Shown one piece after another: positions 1 through 10,030 of a DNA stretch of 49,698 nt. Each line of letters begins with the position of its first letter. The first letter of the stretch is position 1. Location: contig DYQT01000002.1 in NCBI GenBank assembly GCA_020719165.1, forward strand, positions 1 through 49,698. The letters run 5' to 3'. The notes beneath the pieces are model-generated. The model had not been told where the DNA came from. It did no database searches and was given only the letters and a program-made list of their open reading frames with translations. The translations under genes were made by a program, and so were the position numbers. Origin of the DNA: Draconibacterium orientale. Its GTDB lineage: Bacteria > Bacteroidota > Bacteroidia > Bacteroidales > FEN-979.

Positions 1-1775
1 GCGCCCACCCCGGCATACGTACTATTACTCCAATAGTTGAACGCCAGGGGCGCCAAATCATTATAGAAGTACATATAGTAATAGTCATTACCATATGCTG
101 CAGTGCCGCTTGTATCATAGCTTAATTTGCTTTTACACAATAACGCGGAACCAACTTTATAATCGTTGGTAGTACGATTAGTTTCTGATGAGAATACTTG
201 GTTAGTACTACTGCCTAATTTGCTTGCAGCATCACCACAAAAGTCAGGAGTAATCTCATCATACATTGCAGCTACGCCATTAGCTCCCCAATTATCGGTT
301 GCTAATGAATTGCCTCCGGTAATAGTTTTCATGTCAACCGACTCCTTTAGCACATAAAATTTTCCTGTAGTGGAATTTAGTCCTGAAGTGTAATCTGCTG
401 ATAATGCAAATGAATTAACATAAGCGCCGGTTTTATTTTTGAGTTTAAAAGTGTTTTCAGATAAATCGGAAATGGTGAAAAACTTATCTTTTAACAGAGT
501 GTTCCATTCTGTTGCAGCAGTACCAGTTAAGAAAACAGGTGATCCATTGGCATAATTTGCTCTTGCTGCTGCAGCATTAGTTATGGTTACAACTGCTTCT
601 GCAGCCCTGGTAATTGAGACAATTGCCTGAGCTAATTCAGAAATGCATGTAAAACCAGATAGAAATTCGTACTGATTGCCATTTATGTCAGACACTCCGC
701 TTTCCTGCCCATTATGCGTAGTTCGTGCAAATGGAGTACCACTGCCATTTTTACGAGCCTCCATTGTTGTGGGCTTTACTCCCCAGTAACCGTCGGTGCA
801 AGCCAAAAAGGTTACCGTTGCATCATTATAGTCAGCTCCATAATTGTTGTTTCCTTTCGGGAAATATGGAGTTACACCATTCCATGCCACAAGGCTGTTG
901 CTTGATGCACCTGCCTGTTGAGCCATCACCAGGTCAAAAATGTATGAGCGGATAAACACACTCATAACAAAATAATTCCCACCCCGCGACTTTACAGCAT
1001 CTATTCCTCCGGCAATATTATCTGTTGGAGTTTTGCCATTGAAACGGCAATTTGAAAATGATCCTGCAAAAAGATTGTCGGAACCGGTAACCAATTTTCT
1101 TTTAGTATCGGCATTTGACGATATCGGGTTACCATTTTGAATTGAGGATAGTATTCCTTTATTGGCGAGTGAACCATTGGCATCAAGATCGGAAGCTGTT
1201 ACTCCTGTCAGCGATGGTTTATACTTGTCAACAAAAACACCTGAAAGTACTACCCCGCCATTTATCATGCAGCGAGGAATCATATAACCTGCAGCATTTG
1301 CAACGGCTTCTGTTGCAAAATAATCTTTGGGTTTTACGTCCCAGGGATTACGTTTTACCCATCCGAATGGCAACCATACCATTATTGATCCATCAAGGCT
1401 GCAAATATAGTTTCCGTAGTTTGCAGAGTTAATGTCGAAACATCCATATAATGGAAGCATCATGGCTGTTGCATTGGCCGCATTGTAGGTTTCAAGTATG
1501 TCAGGAGGACAAATTCCGACACCAAAGCCAAGATGACCGGGAACTCCGATGTTATTCACCAAACTCTGTCGAAGCATGGTGATGTTCCCGGTTGCATCTT
1601 TGAGGCATACCTGACCGCTGGCATCAACATACGTTCGGTGTACCCCTGCAGCAGGTGTTGCAGGGATGGTTGCCTGATCGGCAAAGTCGTGGTAGTTATC
1701 ACTACCGGTAATATCCGATGCATCATGGCCGTGATAAACCACCTTTTTAAGTAACGGGTCAAAATGAGATTGCAT
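1..1775 (-). CDS. Tail-fibre / receptor-binding-like structural protein, partial (N-terminal 591 codons; 3' end lies beyond the left window edge)
   Basis: Absent from the ORF track because no stop codon lies inside the window. My codon-by-codon translation of the minus strand from ATG 1773-1775 (MQSHFDPLLKKVVYHGHDASDITG...) is stop-free down to position 1. The start lies 6 nt after the stop of ORF 1782..2018. It sits in the tail-fibre block. Confidence 0.7.
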   Translation of the reverse strand, partial: MQSHFDPLLKKVVYHGHDASDITGSDNYHDFADQATIPATPAAGVHRTYVDASGQVCLKDATGNITMLRQSLVNNIGVPGHLGFGVGICPPDILETYNAANATAMMLPLYGCFDINSANYGNYICSLDGSIMVWLPFGWVKRNPWDVKPKDYFATEAVANAAGYMIPRCMINGGVVLSGVFVDKYKPSLTGVTASDLDANGSLANKGILSSIQNGNPISSNADTKRKLVTGSDNLFAGSFSNCRFNGKTPTDNIAGGIDAVKSRGGNYFVMSVFIRSYIFDLVMAQQAGASSNSLVAWNGVTPYFPKGNNNYGADYNDATVTFLACTDGYWGVKPTTMEARKNGSGTPFARTTHNGQESGVSDINGNQYEFLSGFTCISELAQAIVSITRAAEAVVTITNAAAARANYANGSPVFLTGTAATEWNTLLKDKFFTISDLSENTFKLKNKTGAYVNSFALSADYTSGLNSTTGKFYVLKESVDMKTITGGNSLATDNWGANGVAAMYDEITPDFCGDAASKLGSSTNQVFSSETNRTTNDYKVGSALLCKSKLSYDTSGTAAYGNDYYYMYFYNDLAPLAFNYWSNSTYAGVG

Positions 1776-1781
1776 GATAAA

Positions 1782-2018
1782 TTATTTTAAAAATGAATAA
1801 TTGAGCGTCGTGCGCTCCGATGCTTTGAAAACCTTTTCCTGGGAACCATTTGCCCATTTATAATGCCAGGCTGTTCCAATTTTCTTGGCCTTGCAAATTG
1901 CCCATTTGGCATCTGTTTCGCCGATGGTTCCCGACTCAGGGTAACAAAAAAAGATAGTTGATTCGTCGGGAATATCAATGATGCCTGCGCCTTGGCTGTA
2001 ATCTTCACTTATTTTCAT
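1782..2018 (-). CDS. Hypothetical small protein within the fibre block
   Basis: 78-aa ORF, tightly packed between neighbouring minus-strand genes. No recognisable motif. Confidence 0.5.
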   Translation of the reverse strand: MKISEDYSQGAGIIDIPDESTIFFCYPESGTIGETDAKWAICKAKKIGTAWHYKWANGSQEKVFKASERTTLNYSFLK

Positions 2019-2053
2019 TTGATTAAGATTTGGTAAAAACGTTGATTAGATTT

Positions 2054-2725
2054 TTAGCGGATATTCGTTGCGGGAAGTGTTACAACTATCGGCATGATTG
2101 CCGGTGTTGTGAAGGTCATGTCAAGCCCATAGGTTGTTTTGCCGGGCGTTACGGCCTTAACACGGTAGTGATACAATGTCTCAGATTTTAAAACAGAAAC
2201 ATTATTGTAATCGCCTGTCGAGAGTTTAAGGCTCACAGGAACAGGAGCCATACCGGTTACAATTCCAGACTGAACCTCATGTACATACTCCTCTGTTTCT
2301 CCAAATTCAAAAGATACCTGGGTAGAGATACCCATCGGATTTACACTACCATTCAAAGTTGCGTATGGTGGTGATACTGCATTGAAAGCACTCATACTGT
2401 AAAGTTCCTGAAGGCAGCCCGGTTCACCATCTTCGATCTCGCTACTTCCACTATCGAAAGTACGAAGGCTATACTTGCCGGCAGGTAAACCGGTAATCAC
2501 ACAGTTATAGTCATCTTCACCTGTCACTTCGGGGATGTTCTCTATAATCCTTGTTGGAGGAGTTAATGCCCATTGATACGGGAGATCGTTGCTATTGAGC
2601 TTTAATTCAACCGTAAATGGCGCAATGCCATCTACTATTCTCAGCTCTAATTTTCCATCAGCTAACCCTGCCGCCGATACGTTGGTGGTTTTGCTGATAA
2701 TGATTTTCAAATTTGTGTTTTCCAT
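2054..2725 (-). CDS. Hypothetical tail-associated protein (beta-rich)
   Basis: 223-aa ORF in the fibre block. The N-terminal segment (AAGLADGKLELRIVDGIAPFTVEL) looks like an Ig/SprB-type beta repeat. Position-based call. Confidence 0.55.
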   Translation of the reverse strand: MENTNLKIIISKTTNVSAAGLADGKLELRIVDGIAPFTVELKLNSNDLPYQWALTPPTRIIENIPEVTGEDDYNCVITGLPAGKYSLRTFDSGSSEIEDGEPGCLQELYSMSAFNAVSPPYATLNGSVNPMGISTQVSFEFGETEEYVHEVQSGIVTGMAPVPVSLKLSTGDYNNVSVLKSETLYHYRVKAVTPGKTTYGLDMTFTTPAIMPIVVTLPATNIR

Positions 2726-2765
2726 GGAATCTTTATTTATGTGATAAAAATTGAATTATGAAAGT

Positions 2766-4304
2766 TTACTTACTAAGTTCGTCTTTACTGCCAAGCCCGT
2801 CGACCTCAAAATGTATGTCGAAAAATTTCATCAGCGCATCTCCGGTTAAAATATTATCCTTACGATAGAGGATAATATCGACAATGCAGGAAATGGTTTT
2901 TCCGGTCATTGAAATTGCAGGGAAAGTTGCCAGTTGCTGAATATTCCCAGATGAATATGTAACAGCATGGTTATTACTGGTGATAATTGTCCAGGCTGAA
3001 GGCACCGCTTCTCCAATACTATATACCCGGTACTTTATTTTCCAGGTTGCAGAGTCAGCGCCCGATTGAATCCAGTGTACATGAGGATAAATTGAGCTGC
3101 CTTCTTTCCAGCGATGTGGCATTTGACAAATGTGCCCGACGCGTTCGGTGGTGTCATTTTGAGGAAACAAGAGACCAAGATTTGAAACATCATAATCGGG
3201 TTTATCACTATTGCCGACCGATTTGAGCTGGCTCGATTCAAAAGCAAGATCATCCCAAACAGTTGCACTTCCGTACATCCTGTATGAATTGGTTGTATCA
3301 ATGGTGATGTTGTTAACTCCATTACCAACATGGAGAATTCCTTTAATATAAGTGTCGGTAATTGATGAGTTACCAATCGTGGCCGTGTTTGATCCGTTTC
3401 CTTCTGCGGTTGAACCTATTACGATTTCGTTGGTGTTACTGTCTGCGCTGGCTTTGCTGTCATGGCCAATGTAGATTGATTTATTGGGTCGTAAATTAGC
3501 AGCATTAGTAATTGTTCTTAACCCTGCACTATCGCCAATACCTACACAATTATAATCTGCCGATTGTAATGCACCATAACCAATTGCTGTATTAGAGTGG
3601 CGTACAGCTGCCCATAGGGCAAATGATCCAACGGCTGTATTATACTTAGTGCCTCCAAAATCACCTGCATACGATCCAATATATGTATTATATCCCCCGT
3701 ATGAGTGACTTCTTCCGGTATAAGAACCAATTCCGGTATTATACGAGCTTGTATCTGACCACAATGACATATATCCTATTGAAGTATTATATCCGCCTAT
3801 CAGATTACTTAACGATGCGGCACCTCCTATAACAACATTACGAGTGCCGGAATTGTTATATTTTGCAGCATTAACACCGATTGCCACATTTTGAGCGCCT
3901 GACACGTTAGAACTTAATGGCATTGCTGCTATTGGCCCTATTGCCACGTTATTATTGACGTAGTTCCCCTGCCCAATCTTGATTGAATTTACTTGTATAT
4001 CCGCACTAACTGTTAGTTTCTGTGTGGGGTTTGTGGTTCCGATGCCCACATTCCCGCTGTTAATATTATATATGTTGTTTGTTGCTCCGGTAACCCGGGC
4101 AAACAGCGATTCTGATGCTACCGGCATCGCTTGCCATCCGGGAAAGGAATAATACTTCTTCGCATTGATCTGCAAACTATCGTTATATAGAATCAATTTA
4201 TATAACGTGCCGCCGCGAATAAACCCAATGGTATCAAACATCCTTTTTTGCGCTACCGATGAAAGCGCAAAAAGCATTAAAATTAAAATAGCGATCTTTT
4301 TCAT
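2766..4304 (-). CDS. Tail-fibre-like repeat protein with a Sec-signal-like N-terminus
   Basis: The ORF track gives 2766..4364. I prefer Met at 4304 (MKKIAILILMLFALSSVAQ) because it removes the overlap with 4315..4692. Many short N(T/V)AIG / NTxIG repeats, typical of fibre or adhesin head repeats, plus a VGIGTTNPTQKLTV motif. Confidence 0.65.
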   Translation of the reverse strand: MKKIAILILMLFALSSVAQKRMFDTIGFIRGGTLYKLILYNDSLQINAKKYYSFPGWQAMPVASESLFARVTGATNNIYNINSGNVGIGTTNPTQKLTVSADIQVNSIKIGQGNYVNNNVAIGPIAAMPLSSNVSGAQNVAIGVNAAKYNNSGTRNVVIGGAASLSNLIGGYNTSIGYMSLWSDTSSYNTGIGSYTGRSHSYGGYNTYIGSYAGDFGGTKYNTAVGSFALWAAVRHSNTAIGYGALQSADYNCVGIGDSAGLRTITNAANLRPNKSIYIGHDSKASADSNTNEIVIGSTAEGNGSNTATIGNSSITDTYIKGILHVGNGVNNITIDTTNSYRMYGSATVWDDLAFESSQLKSVGNSDKPDYDVSNLGLLFPQNDTTERVGHICQMPHRWKEGSSIYPHVHWIQSGADSATWKIKYRVYSIGEAVPSAWTIITSNNHAVTYSSGNIQQLATFPAISMTGKTISCIVDIILYRKDNILTGDALMKFFDIHFEVDGLGSKDELSK

Positions 4305-4314
4305 ATTGTAAGTA

Positions 4315-4692
4315 TTAAGCTCCGATTCCTGCATATGGCCTTGCAATTGCGTAGAGCGTAGCATCTACAAGGGTTTTTACAACTATTTTCGTGGTTGACC
4401 GGCTCACCAGCATAATTTCAACAGGGTTTCCCAGGCTGTCAAAACCGTTTACCAAATAGCTGTAATCGCTATCGGCAAAGGGTTCATTCCAAGTGAGGTT
4501 GCAGCTTACATCGGCCGTGGCAGCGGCGTGTGCTTCGCGCACTACCGATCCGGTTGCATCGGCCTTAACCTGCTCCACGTAATCGAGTATTGCAATTTCG
4601 GCAACCTCATGATCTTCAACCTGAACCTTCGTGCCGGCGGGTCGAAGGGTCAACGCTGCCCTGATTAAATTATATACCTGCAGGTATGTCAT
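4315..4692 (-). CDS. Hypothetical virion-module protein
   Basis: 125-aa ORF, co-oriented and tightly packed. Confidence 0.6.
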   Translation of the reverse strand: MTYLQVYNLIRAALTLRPAGTKVQVEDHEVAEIAILDYVEQVKADATGSVVREAHAAATADVSCNLTWNEPFADSDYSYLVNGFDSLGNPVEIMLVSRSTTKIVVKTLVDATLYAIARPYAGIGA

Positions 4693-4772
4693 TTCGGGTT
4701 AGCTGTAATCAGTTGAATAATCAGTTTCATCATATATTCTTACCAAAACAGGTATTGGAACAACCGTACTGG

Positions 4773-6341
4773 TCATTCTAATCCTTGAAAAAAAAAATCA
4801 TCCCAGGCCCTTTCATACTCAAATGCAAGGGCATAATTGTAATTAGTGTCTTTGAACATCGATGTTTTTTTCGATGTGAGTAAACACTTCAAAAGTTTTG
4901 AATCTTCAACCTCAAAAATGTCGGAGCTGAGCATGAAGTCGCGCAAATAATTCAAGAAATCTTTGGTGAGCCATCCGCTGTTGGCTTTAAATGTTTGCGA
5001 TTCCTTTATTAAGGTGTGCGCTCCTGGCGAATTGTATTGCGTTTCGGCATCGTCTCTTAAAAAGATCACTTTTTCACGATCATTTTCAACAATTAATTCA
5101 AAGGAACCTGTGCAACGCAGTGAATCGTAGGTTCCCCACGAATTACGGAATCTGAAATACCTTACGTTTTCGTAGTATTTCGGATCAATTTCAAATGATC
5201 TGATATCAGAAATTACATTATCCGATTCATCAACCAGGTACATTTCCCATTTGTAAACATTGCCATCAAGCGATGCAGAGAGGCCGAGCTGAGCGTAACC
5301 TGCAAAAAACTCCACAACAGTATAGGGAGTTACAGCATACAAACCGGTACAATCAATGGTTGTTCCGGCAATGTTGCTGTACAAATGTGCCTTCATTTTA
5401 AAGTGCGTATGCGCCGGAGCCTGGAAGGCAAAAAATAAACTGTGAGTTTCAACCTTATCGGTTATTTTGGCCGGTGGGGCCCAGGTAAGAAATTTCTTTT
5501 TGGTAGTAGTGAGATTAAAATAATCTGTGGCGTAAAAGTTATTGTAAACCAAATCTTCACGATTCAAGCCACCTGTTATCGCATAGGCATATCCGGCGCT
5601 GTATGTGCGCGATTGAAATACACCATCAACCCGGTTGCAAAAAACGGTGAGATATTTAAGAAATGCATCGGAAAATATGAAATGATGTGCTGTTCCGTAT
5701 GCCAGGTGAAACCGTGGTTGTGTTGCCATCAGCAGAATGGAGTTGATATACTCCTGAATTTCAAACTTCACTGATCCGGCCTGATCCAGCGGTTTGTAAT
5801 CCTGGCCAAGCAGTACCATCGGGTTTTTGTACACCGACATTAATACGCCTTCAACAGTCCCGGTTGTTCCGGCAGTGCCGGCAGCGCCGTTTTGGGTAGT
5901 GGTAATCGTAACACCTACTATGGTTTTGGTTCCTTCGGTCCAGTCGTATTGTGTTTCACAATTTTTTGCAGTCAGGATTATTTTATCCCCGGCATCATTG
6001 GTAATATCATAAACCTCGGTGAGCTGTACATCACGAATAATGTAGTCGTAACAAATCTGCGCCCAATCAGCCGCGGTGCCACCATCGTCGGCAATGGGCA
6101 GATGATCTTTTGTTGATGGTTCGTTTTTGAGGGTAAAAGTTCTCGTTGCGCCCATAAAGGTGACTTCAACCGCATGGTCGGGGGTTGAATCAATATCGGA
6201 GAACACAATTTCAATTATTGAAGGAATTCCATCAATAGGATCGATGCCACCACCCCCACCGCCGCCTGAACCAGGAGTTAGCAGATATCGCATCGGGTTT
6301 CCGGCGAATGACATCAAAAAGGGTTTATTTGTGATTTCCAT
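4773..6341 (-). CDS. Hypothetical virion protein in the distal-tail / baseplate position
   Basis: 522-aa ORF immediately downstream of the tape measure. It has a Gly9 run near the N-terminus and its own promoter-like element 6346-6381. Confidence 0.65.
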   Translation of the reverse strand: MEITNKPFLMSFAGNPMRYLLTPGSGGGGGGGIDPIDGIPSIIEIVFSDIDSTPDHAVEVTFMGATRTFTLKNEPSTKDHLPIADDGGTAADWAQICYDYIIRDVQLTEVYDITNDAGDKIILTAKNCETQYDWTEGTKTIVGVTITTTQNGAAGTAGTTGTVEGVLMSVYKNPMVLLGQDYKPLDQAGSVKFEIQEYINSILLMATQPRFHLAYGTAHHFIFSDAFLKYLTVFCNRVDGVFQSRTYSAGYAYAITGGLNREDLVYNNFYATDYFNLTTTKKKFLTWAPPAKITDKVETHSLFFAFQAPAHTHFKMKAHLYSNIAGTTIDCTGLYAVTPYTVVEFFAGYAQLGLSASLDGNVYKWEMYLVDESDNVISDIRSFEIDPKYYENVRYFRFRNSWGTYDSLRCTGSFELIVENDREKVIFLRDDAETQYNSPGAHTLIKESQTFKANSGWLTKDFLNYLRDFMLSSDIFEVEDSKLLKCLLTSKKTSMFKDTNYNYALAFEYERAWDDFFFQGLE

Positions 6342-6345
6342 GTGG

Positions 6346-6381
6346 CGAAATTATTTCAGTACCTGGCTATTTTAAAGGACA
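6346..6381 (-). promoter_or_regulatory. Phage promoter-class element P1 (TGTCCTTTAA-N18-TAATTTCG)
   Basis: Exact 10-mer at 6372-6381 (minus sense), 18-nt spacer, and a -7-like box at 6346-6353 that ends 4 nt before ATG 6341. Confidence 0.6.
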
Positions 6382-6383
6382 CA

Positions 6384-9300
6384 TTATCTGGTTACCGATT
6401 TCTCGATGGCGGCCACGGTATCGTTGGTATATTTCATGGTATCATACGAGATATTGGCCTCGATGGGGTTTTGCATGGCTCTTGTATGTGCCCGCATTGC
6501 CTCAAGAGTTTCTTTGTCAAAAGCCACGGTTACCGGGCCAGCGACATCGCGCTGCGCTCTCGCATCGGGGTAAAGCCCGCCGGCACGTTGCGGCACCGAC
6601 ATAATTGACTGGATCAGGTCGGGCCTGAACTTCATCAGATTTTCGGTATGCTTGGGGTTGAGAATAATCTCTTTGCCGGTTTCGGCAAAAAGGGTTGGAG
6701 TGCCATACACACCCGAAGGCGGCTGTTCGACGAACGGAACCCCTTGATATTGTTTGTTGTCATCCTGTCCAAGAACATCGTAGCGGCCCATGGCGGCCTG
6801 GTGTGATTTGCGGATGGCAGCGTAGCGGCCTTTGGCGGCTTCGCTTACCGGGGTTGAAGAGATGGTGGCAATTTGGAAAGCGCCAAGTCCGGCGGCAAGT
6901 ACTGCCATGATAAGACCCACAATGAATGGGGTCATTGAAAGTGCCGATGTGACTGAAAGTGCAGTATTAATAATAGCCTGGGTTAATGATAACGTTTTCT
7001 GGCGTTTTGCTTGCTGTACTTGAACAGCTTTTTTCTTCTGTTCCAATTCGGCGTCGAGCTTGCTAATGCCTGAATCATATTGTTTTTGGGAAATAAGCTT
7101 GGCATCAAGTTGCCGTTTCAGGTTTTTCTTTTTCTCATCATTTACGCGAGAATCTCTGGCTAATTGTGCATTTTCCCGATCAGTCATAAGCTGATCAATG
7201 GCCATGATGCCATCCATCACAGGATTAACATAATCATTTATAAATGCATTTGCTTTACCTGCAAATTGAGATATGCCATTTTCTTCAGGAGCAGCATTAG
7301 GATCCTCGTTACTAACACTCGTCATCATTTCGGGTGGTTGATCCTTTTTATACAGCCCTTTATCTGTATCTACACCTTTTGATTTTAGTTTTTTGATATC
7401 CCCACTTTCAGCTTCCTGTTGATCAAGGATGCTTTGAGTTGCCTCGTCAAGCGCGGCCTTATAATTTTTGATTCGCTGAATTTTCTCTGCAATTATTTTT
7501 GCCTGTGCAGGATCGTTTAAAACTTCCTTTTGCAGGAGAGACATTAACTCATTGATCTGTTCGTTTAATTTTTCATATTGCGATTTTAGTTTGCTGGTTT
7601 TATCAGCTTTCCCTGGATCAGAATCGTTAAATTTTGAAAGTTCAATGTTGGTTTGTTTAATTTTTCCCTGGATTCGCTTAAAATCCTCCGAACCTGCAAT
7701 GGTATTACGCAGTGCCGTTTGATACTTGGTTAACTTTTCGGTGAGGGCTTCCTGAGTTTTGGCGCTAATCATATTGGCAATTTGTTCGGCTTTGGTAATT
7801 TCGACCAACTGACTTTTTGTTGACCGTAAATTCTTCAAGTTTTCTTCAATGCTTTTAATTCCATCATTCAATTGACTGGCTGCTTCTGCTCCATTTTGGG
7901 CAGCATCTACAGCGTTATAAGCCATGGCCACTCCTGGTTGAAAACCACTTGACACCAGGTTAACTCCCTTTTGCCATAAGGTAGGTTTTGAATTATCTCC
8001 CTGAACCTTTTGTTGGCGTGCTTTCATAAGCACTAATTCAGTTTCAGCCAGCTTAATATTTTTATCAATCTTATCGTCAAGGTCAAGCTTTTCTTGTTGC
8101 GAAAGCCTGTTAAGTATTCTGATTTGATCGTTAAGATATTGGTAATTGTCAGATAATGTTTTATTGACAACATTCATGCGTTCAATTGTGCCAGCCTTAA
8201 TCTTTTCATTTCTGACTGCCTCAGAATTATATTTATCATACGCCTTAATGGCTGCAACTAAGGCCGTTATTCCGATGATTAATAACCCAATTGGATTTGC
8301 TTTAATGGCGGCATTCCATAGATATTGGGCTGTAGTTGCCAATTTTGTTGCTACGGTTCCATTTCCTTTCCAAATGATGGATAATTGTTCCTGGGCAATC
8401 ATAAACTGGAGTGCAATTGCATCTTTGGCCTTTAACAAAATCCCTTCCTTCATCAACAGGTTATTCATCAATGAAACCTGCATTGACCTTGTTTTTGCGG
8501 CAATCCAAACCGCTGTTACACCGGCAATGGCGATTAATGAAATCTTGTATTTTTCGATAATAAGCGGAAGGTCCTTAATCCAATTCACCAGCGAAACCAC
8601 ATGGTAAACCTGGTTCTTAAAAAACTCAGTGACACCGGGCATGGTGATCAAGTTGTAAAAATCTTTTTGAAGTTTTGCAAGGATTGCTCCTAGTGTAGCA
8701 TTTTTGATATTGAATTCGCTGGTTATTGATCCGGTACCCTGCAACGAGCTTCCGGCAAGCGCAACCTTTTCGGCCAGCATACCGGTGTTGGTTGCGAGTT
8801 TGGCAAATATTTCAGAAGCTCCAACCCCCGAAATTTCGAGTTCTTTGATGATCCCGGCCAGGTCGGTAGCGCTTTGACCACCTCTTTTTGAGCCTTCAAC
8901 CACCTTCAGGAAGGCGCCATACAAATCTTTATTCACTAATTCAGTGAATTCCTTTACCGGCATTCCGGCAACACCAGCAAAAGCTTTGGTGTTGGTGGTC
9001 ATTTTCTGCATGACCTTTACCACGGCTGTTCCACCACGTTCAGAATTGACATTTAACTCCTGCAGGGTGGCCGACAATCCAAGTACTTCATCAGATGTTA
9101 ACCCTAGCGGGATCCCGATGCCGCCGATCCGGCTGACGAAATCTGACATCACCGGTCCGGTGGCAAAACCTGCTGCACCCAGGGTATTGATGGCGTTACC
9201 TACGCGCATCATGTCATCGGCTACATTGGCGGTTTTGGTGTCGGTGAGTACATTTCTTAGCATCCCCATTTGTTTAGCCACTTCTTCGGCACCACCGGTG

Positions 9301-10028
9301 AATTCATCTCCCAGGGCAACATTGAGTTTGTCAACCGATTCGACAAAAGCAAAAACATCCTCTTTTGCCATTCCGAGCTGGCCGGCCACAACAGCCATCT
9401 GGCGCAGATCCTGCCGACTGGTGCGAGTATCAATTTTGCCAAGCTGCTTATTGAGGTTCTGAACCTCAAGTGCTGTCATTCCCGTCGATTTACGGATGTT
9501 GGCCAATGAGTCATCCAGCTCACCCTGGGCGGTGATCATTTCTTTGATGGAAAATGCAAGGCCTGAAAACGCAGCGATACCGGCGGTTACAACTGCAAAG
9601 TACCGGTTAAAACCATCGGCCAGCTTTCCGAATGACATACCGGTGTTCTTTGCACCAATTTGCACCTCACTCAGGCGTTTGCTGACAGCATTAAATTCTT
9701 TTTCGAGTTTAATACGCTGTTCTGATCCGGGAACTTTGCGAGCCAGTTCATTTCTAAGCTGCGCCTGCAATGACCGGAGTTCTTTTATTGACAACGACTG
9801 AAGGCCTGCTTCCTGGCGAACCTTCTTCATCTGAATAAGGTAATCGTCGTAAACCTTTTTAGCATCACGATATTCCTGGGTATTCTTTTTCTTTTCAGTA
9901 ACCAGGCGCGAAAGCTCAGCTTCGTAGCCGGTCATTACCTTTTCCATTTCAATCAGTGATCGTTTTGCCTGATCATTGTTGATGAAGATCGAAAACCTGT
10001 AATCTGAGATATTTGTTTTTCCTGCCAT
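6384..10028 (-). CDS. Tail tape measure protein
   Basis: 1214 aa with long coiled-coil stretches and internal hydrophobic helices. The N-terminal third resembles the conserved core of TP901-type tape measures (LANIRKSTGMT...MAVVAGQLGM...VESVDKLNVALGDEFTGGAEEVAKQMG). Confidence 0.9.
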   Translation of the reverse strand: MAGKTNISDYRFSIFINNDQAKRSLIEMEKVMTGYEAELSRLVTEKKKNTQEYRDAKKVYDDYLIQMKKVRQEAGLQSLSIKELRSLQAQLRNELARKVPGSEQRIKLEKEFNAVSKRLSEVQIGAKNTGMSFGKLADGFNRYFAVVTAGIAAFSGLAFSIKEMITAQGELDDSLANIRKSTGMTALEVQNLNKQLGKIDTRTSRQDLRQMAVVAGQLGMAKEDVFAFVESVDKLNVALGDEFTGGAEEVAKQMGMLRNVLTDTKTANVADDMMRVGNAINTLGAAGFATGPVMSDFVSRIGGIGIPLGLTSDEVLGLSATLQELNVNSERGGTAVVKVMQKMTTNTKAFAGVAGMPVKEFTELVNKDLYGAFLKVVEGSKRGGQSATDLAGIIKELEISGVGASEIFAKLATNTGMLAEKVALAGSSLQGTGSITSEFNIKNATLGAILAKLQKDFYNLITMPGVTEFFKNQVYHVVSLVNWIKDLPLIIEKYKISLIAIAGVTAVWIAAKTRSMQVSLMNNLLMKEGILLKAKDAIALQFMIAQEQLSIIWKGNGTVATKLATTAQYLWNAAIKANPIGLLIIGITALVAAIKAYDKYNSEAVRNEKIKAGTIERMNVVNKTLSDNYQYLNDQIRILNRLSQQEKLDLDDKIDKNIKLAETELVLMKARQQKVQGDNSKPTLWQKGVNLVSSGFQPGVAMAYNAVDAAQNGAEAASQLNDGIKSIEENLKNLRSTKSQLVEITKAEQIANMISAKTQEALTEKLTKYQTALRNTIAGSEDFKRIQGKIKQTNIELSKFNDSDPGKADKTSKLKSQYEKLNEQINELMSLLQKEVLNDPAQAKIIAEKIQRIKNYKAALDEATQSILDQQEAESGDIKKLKSKGVDTDKGLYKKDQPPEMMTSVSNEDPNAAPEENGISQFAGKANAFINDYVNPVMDGIMAIDQLMTDRENAQLARDSRVNDEKKKNLKRQLDAKLISQKQYDSGISKLDAELEQKKKAVQVQQAKRQKTLSLTQAIINTALSVTSALSMTPFIVGLIMAVLAAGLGAFQIATISSTPVSEAAKGRYAAIRKSHQAAMGRYDVLGQDDNKQYQGVPFVEQPPSGVYGTPTLFAETGKEIILNPKHTENLMKFRPDLIQSIMSVPQRAGGLYPDARAQRDVAGPVTVAFDKETLEAMRAHTRAMQNPIEANISYDTMKYTNDTVAAIEKSVTR

Positions 10029-10030
10029 GG

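Noticed and set aside
6384-10028. Numerous 60-170-aa ORFs antisense to or out of frame within the tape-measure, primase, terL and capsid genes
   Set aside because: They are embedded in long, well-supported genes on the opposite strand or in another frame, and show no independent start signals or recognisable motifs.
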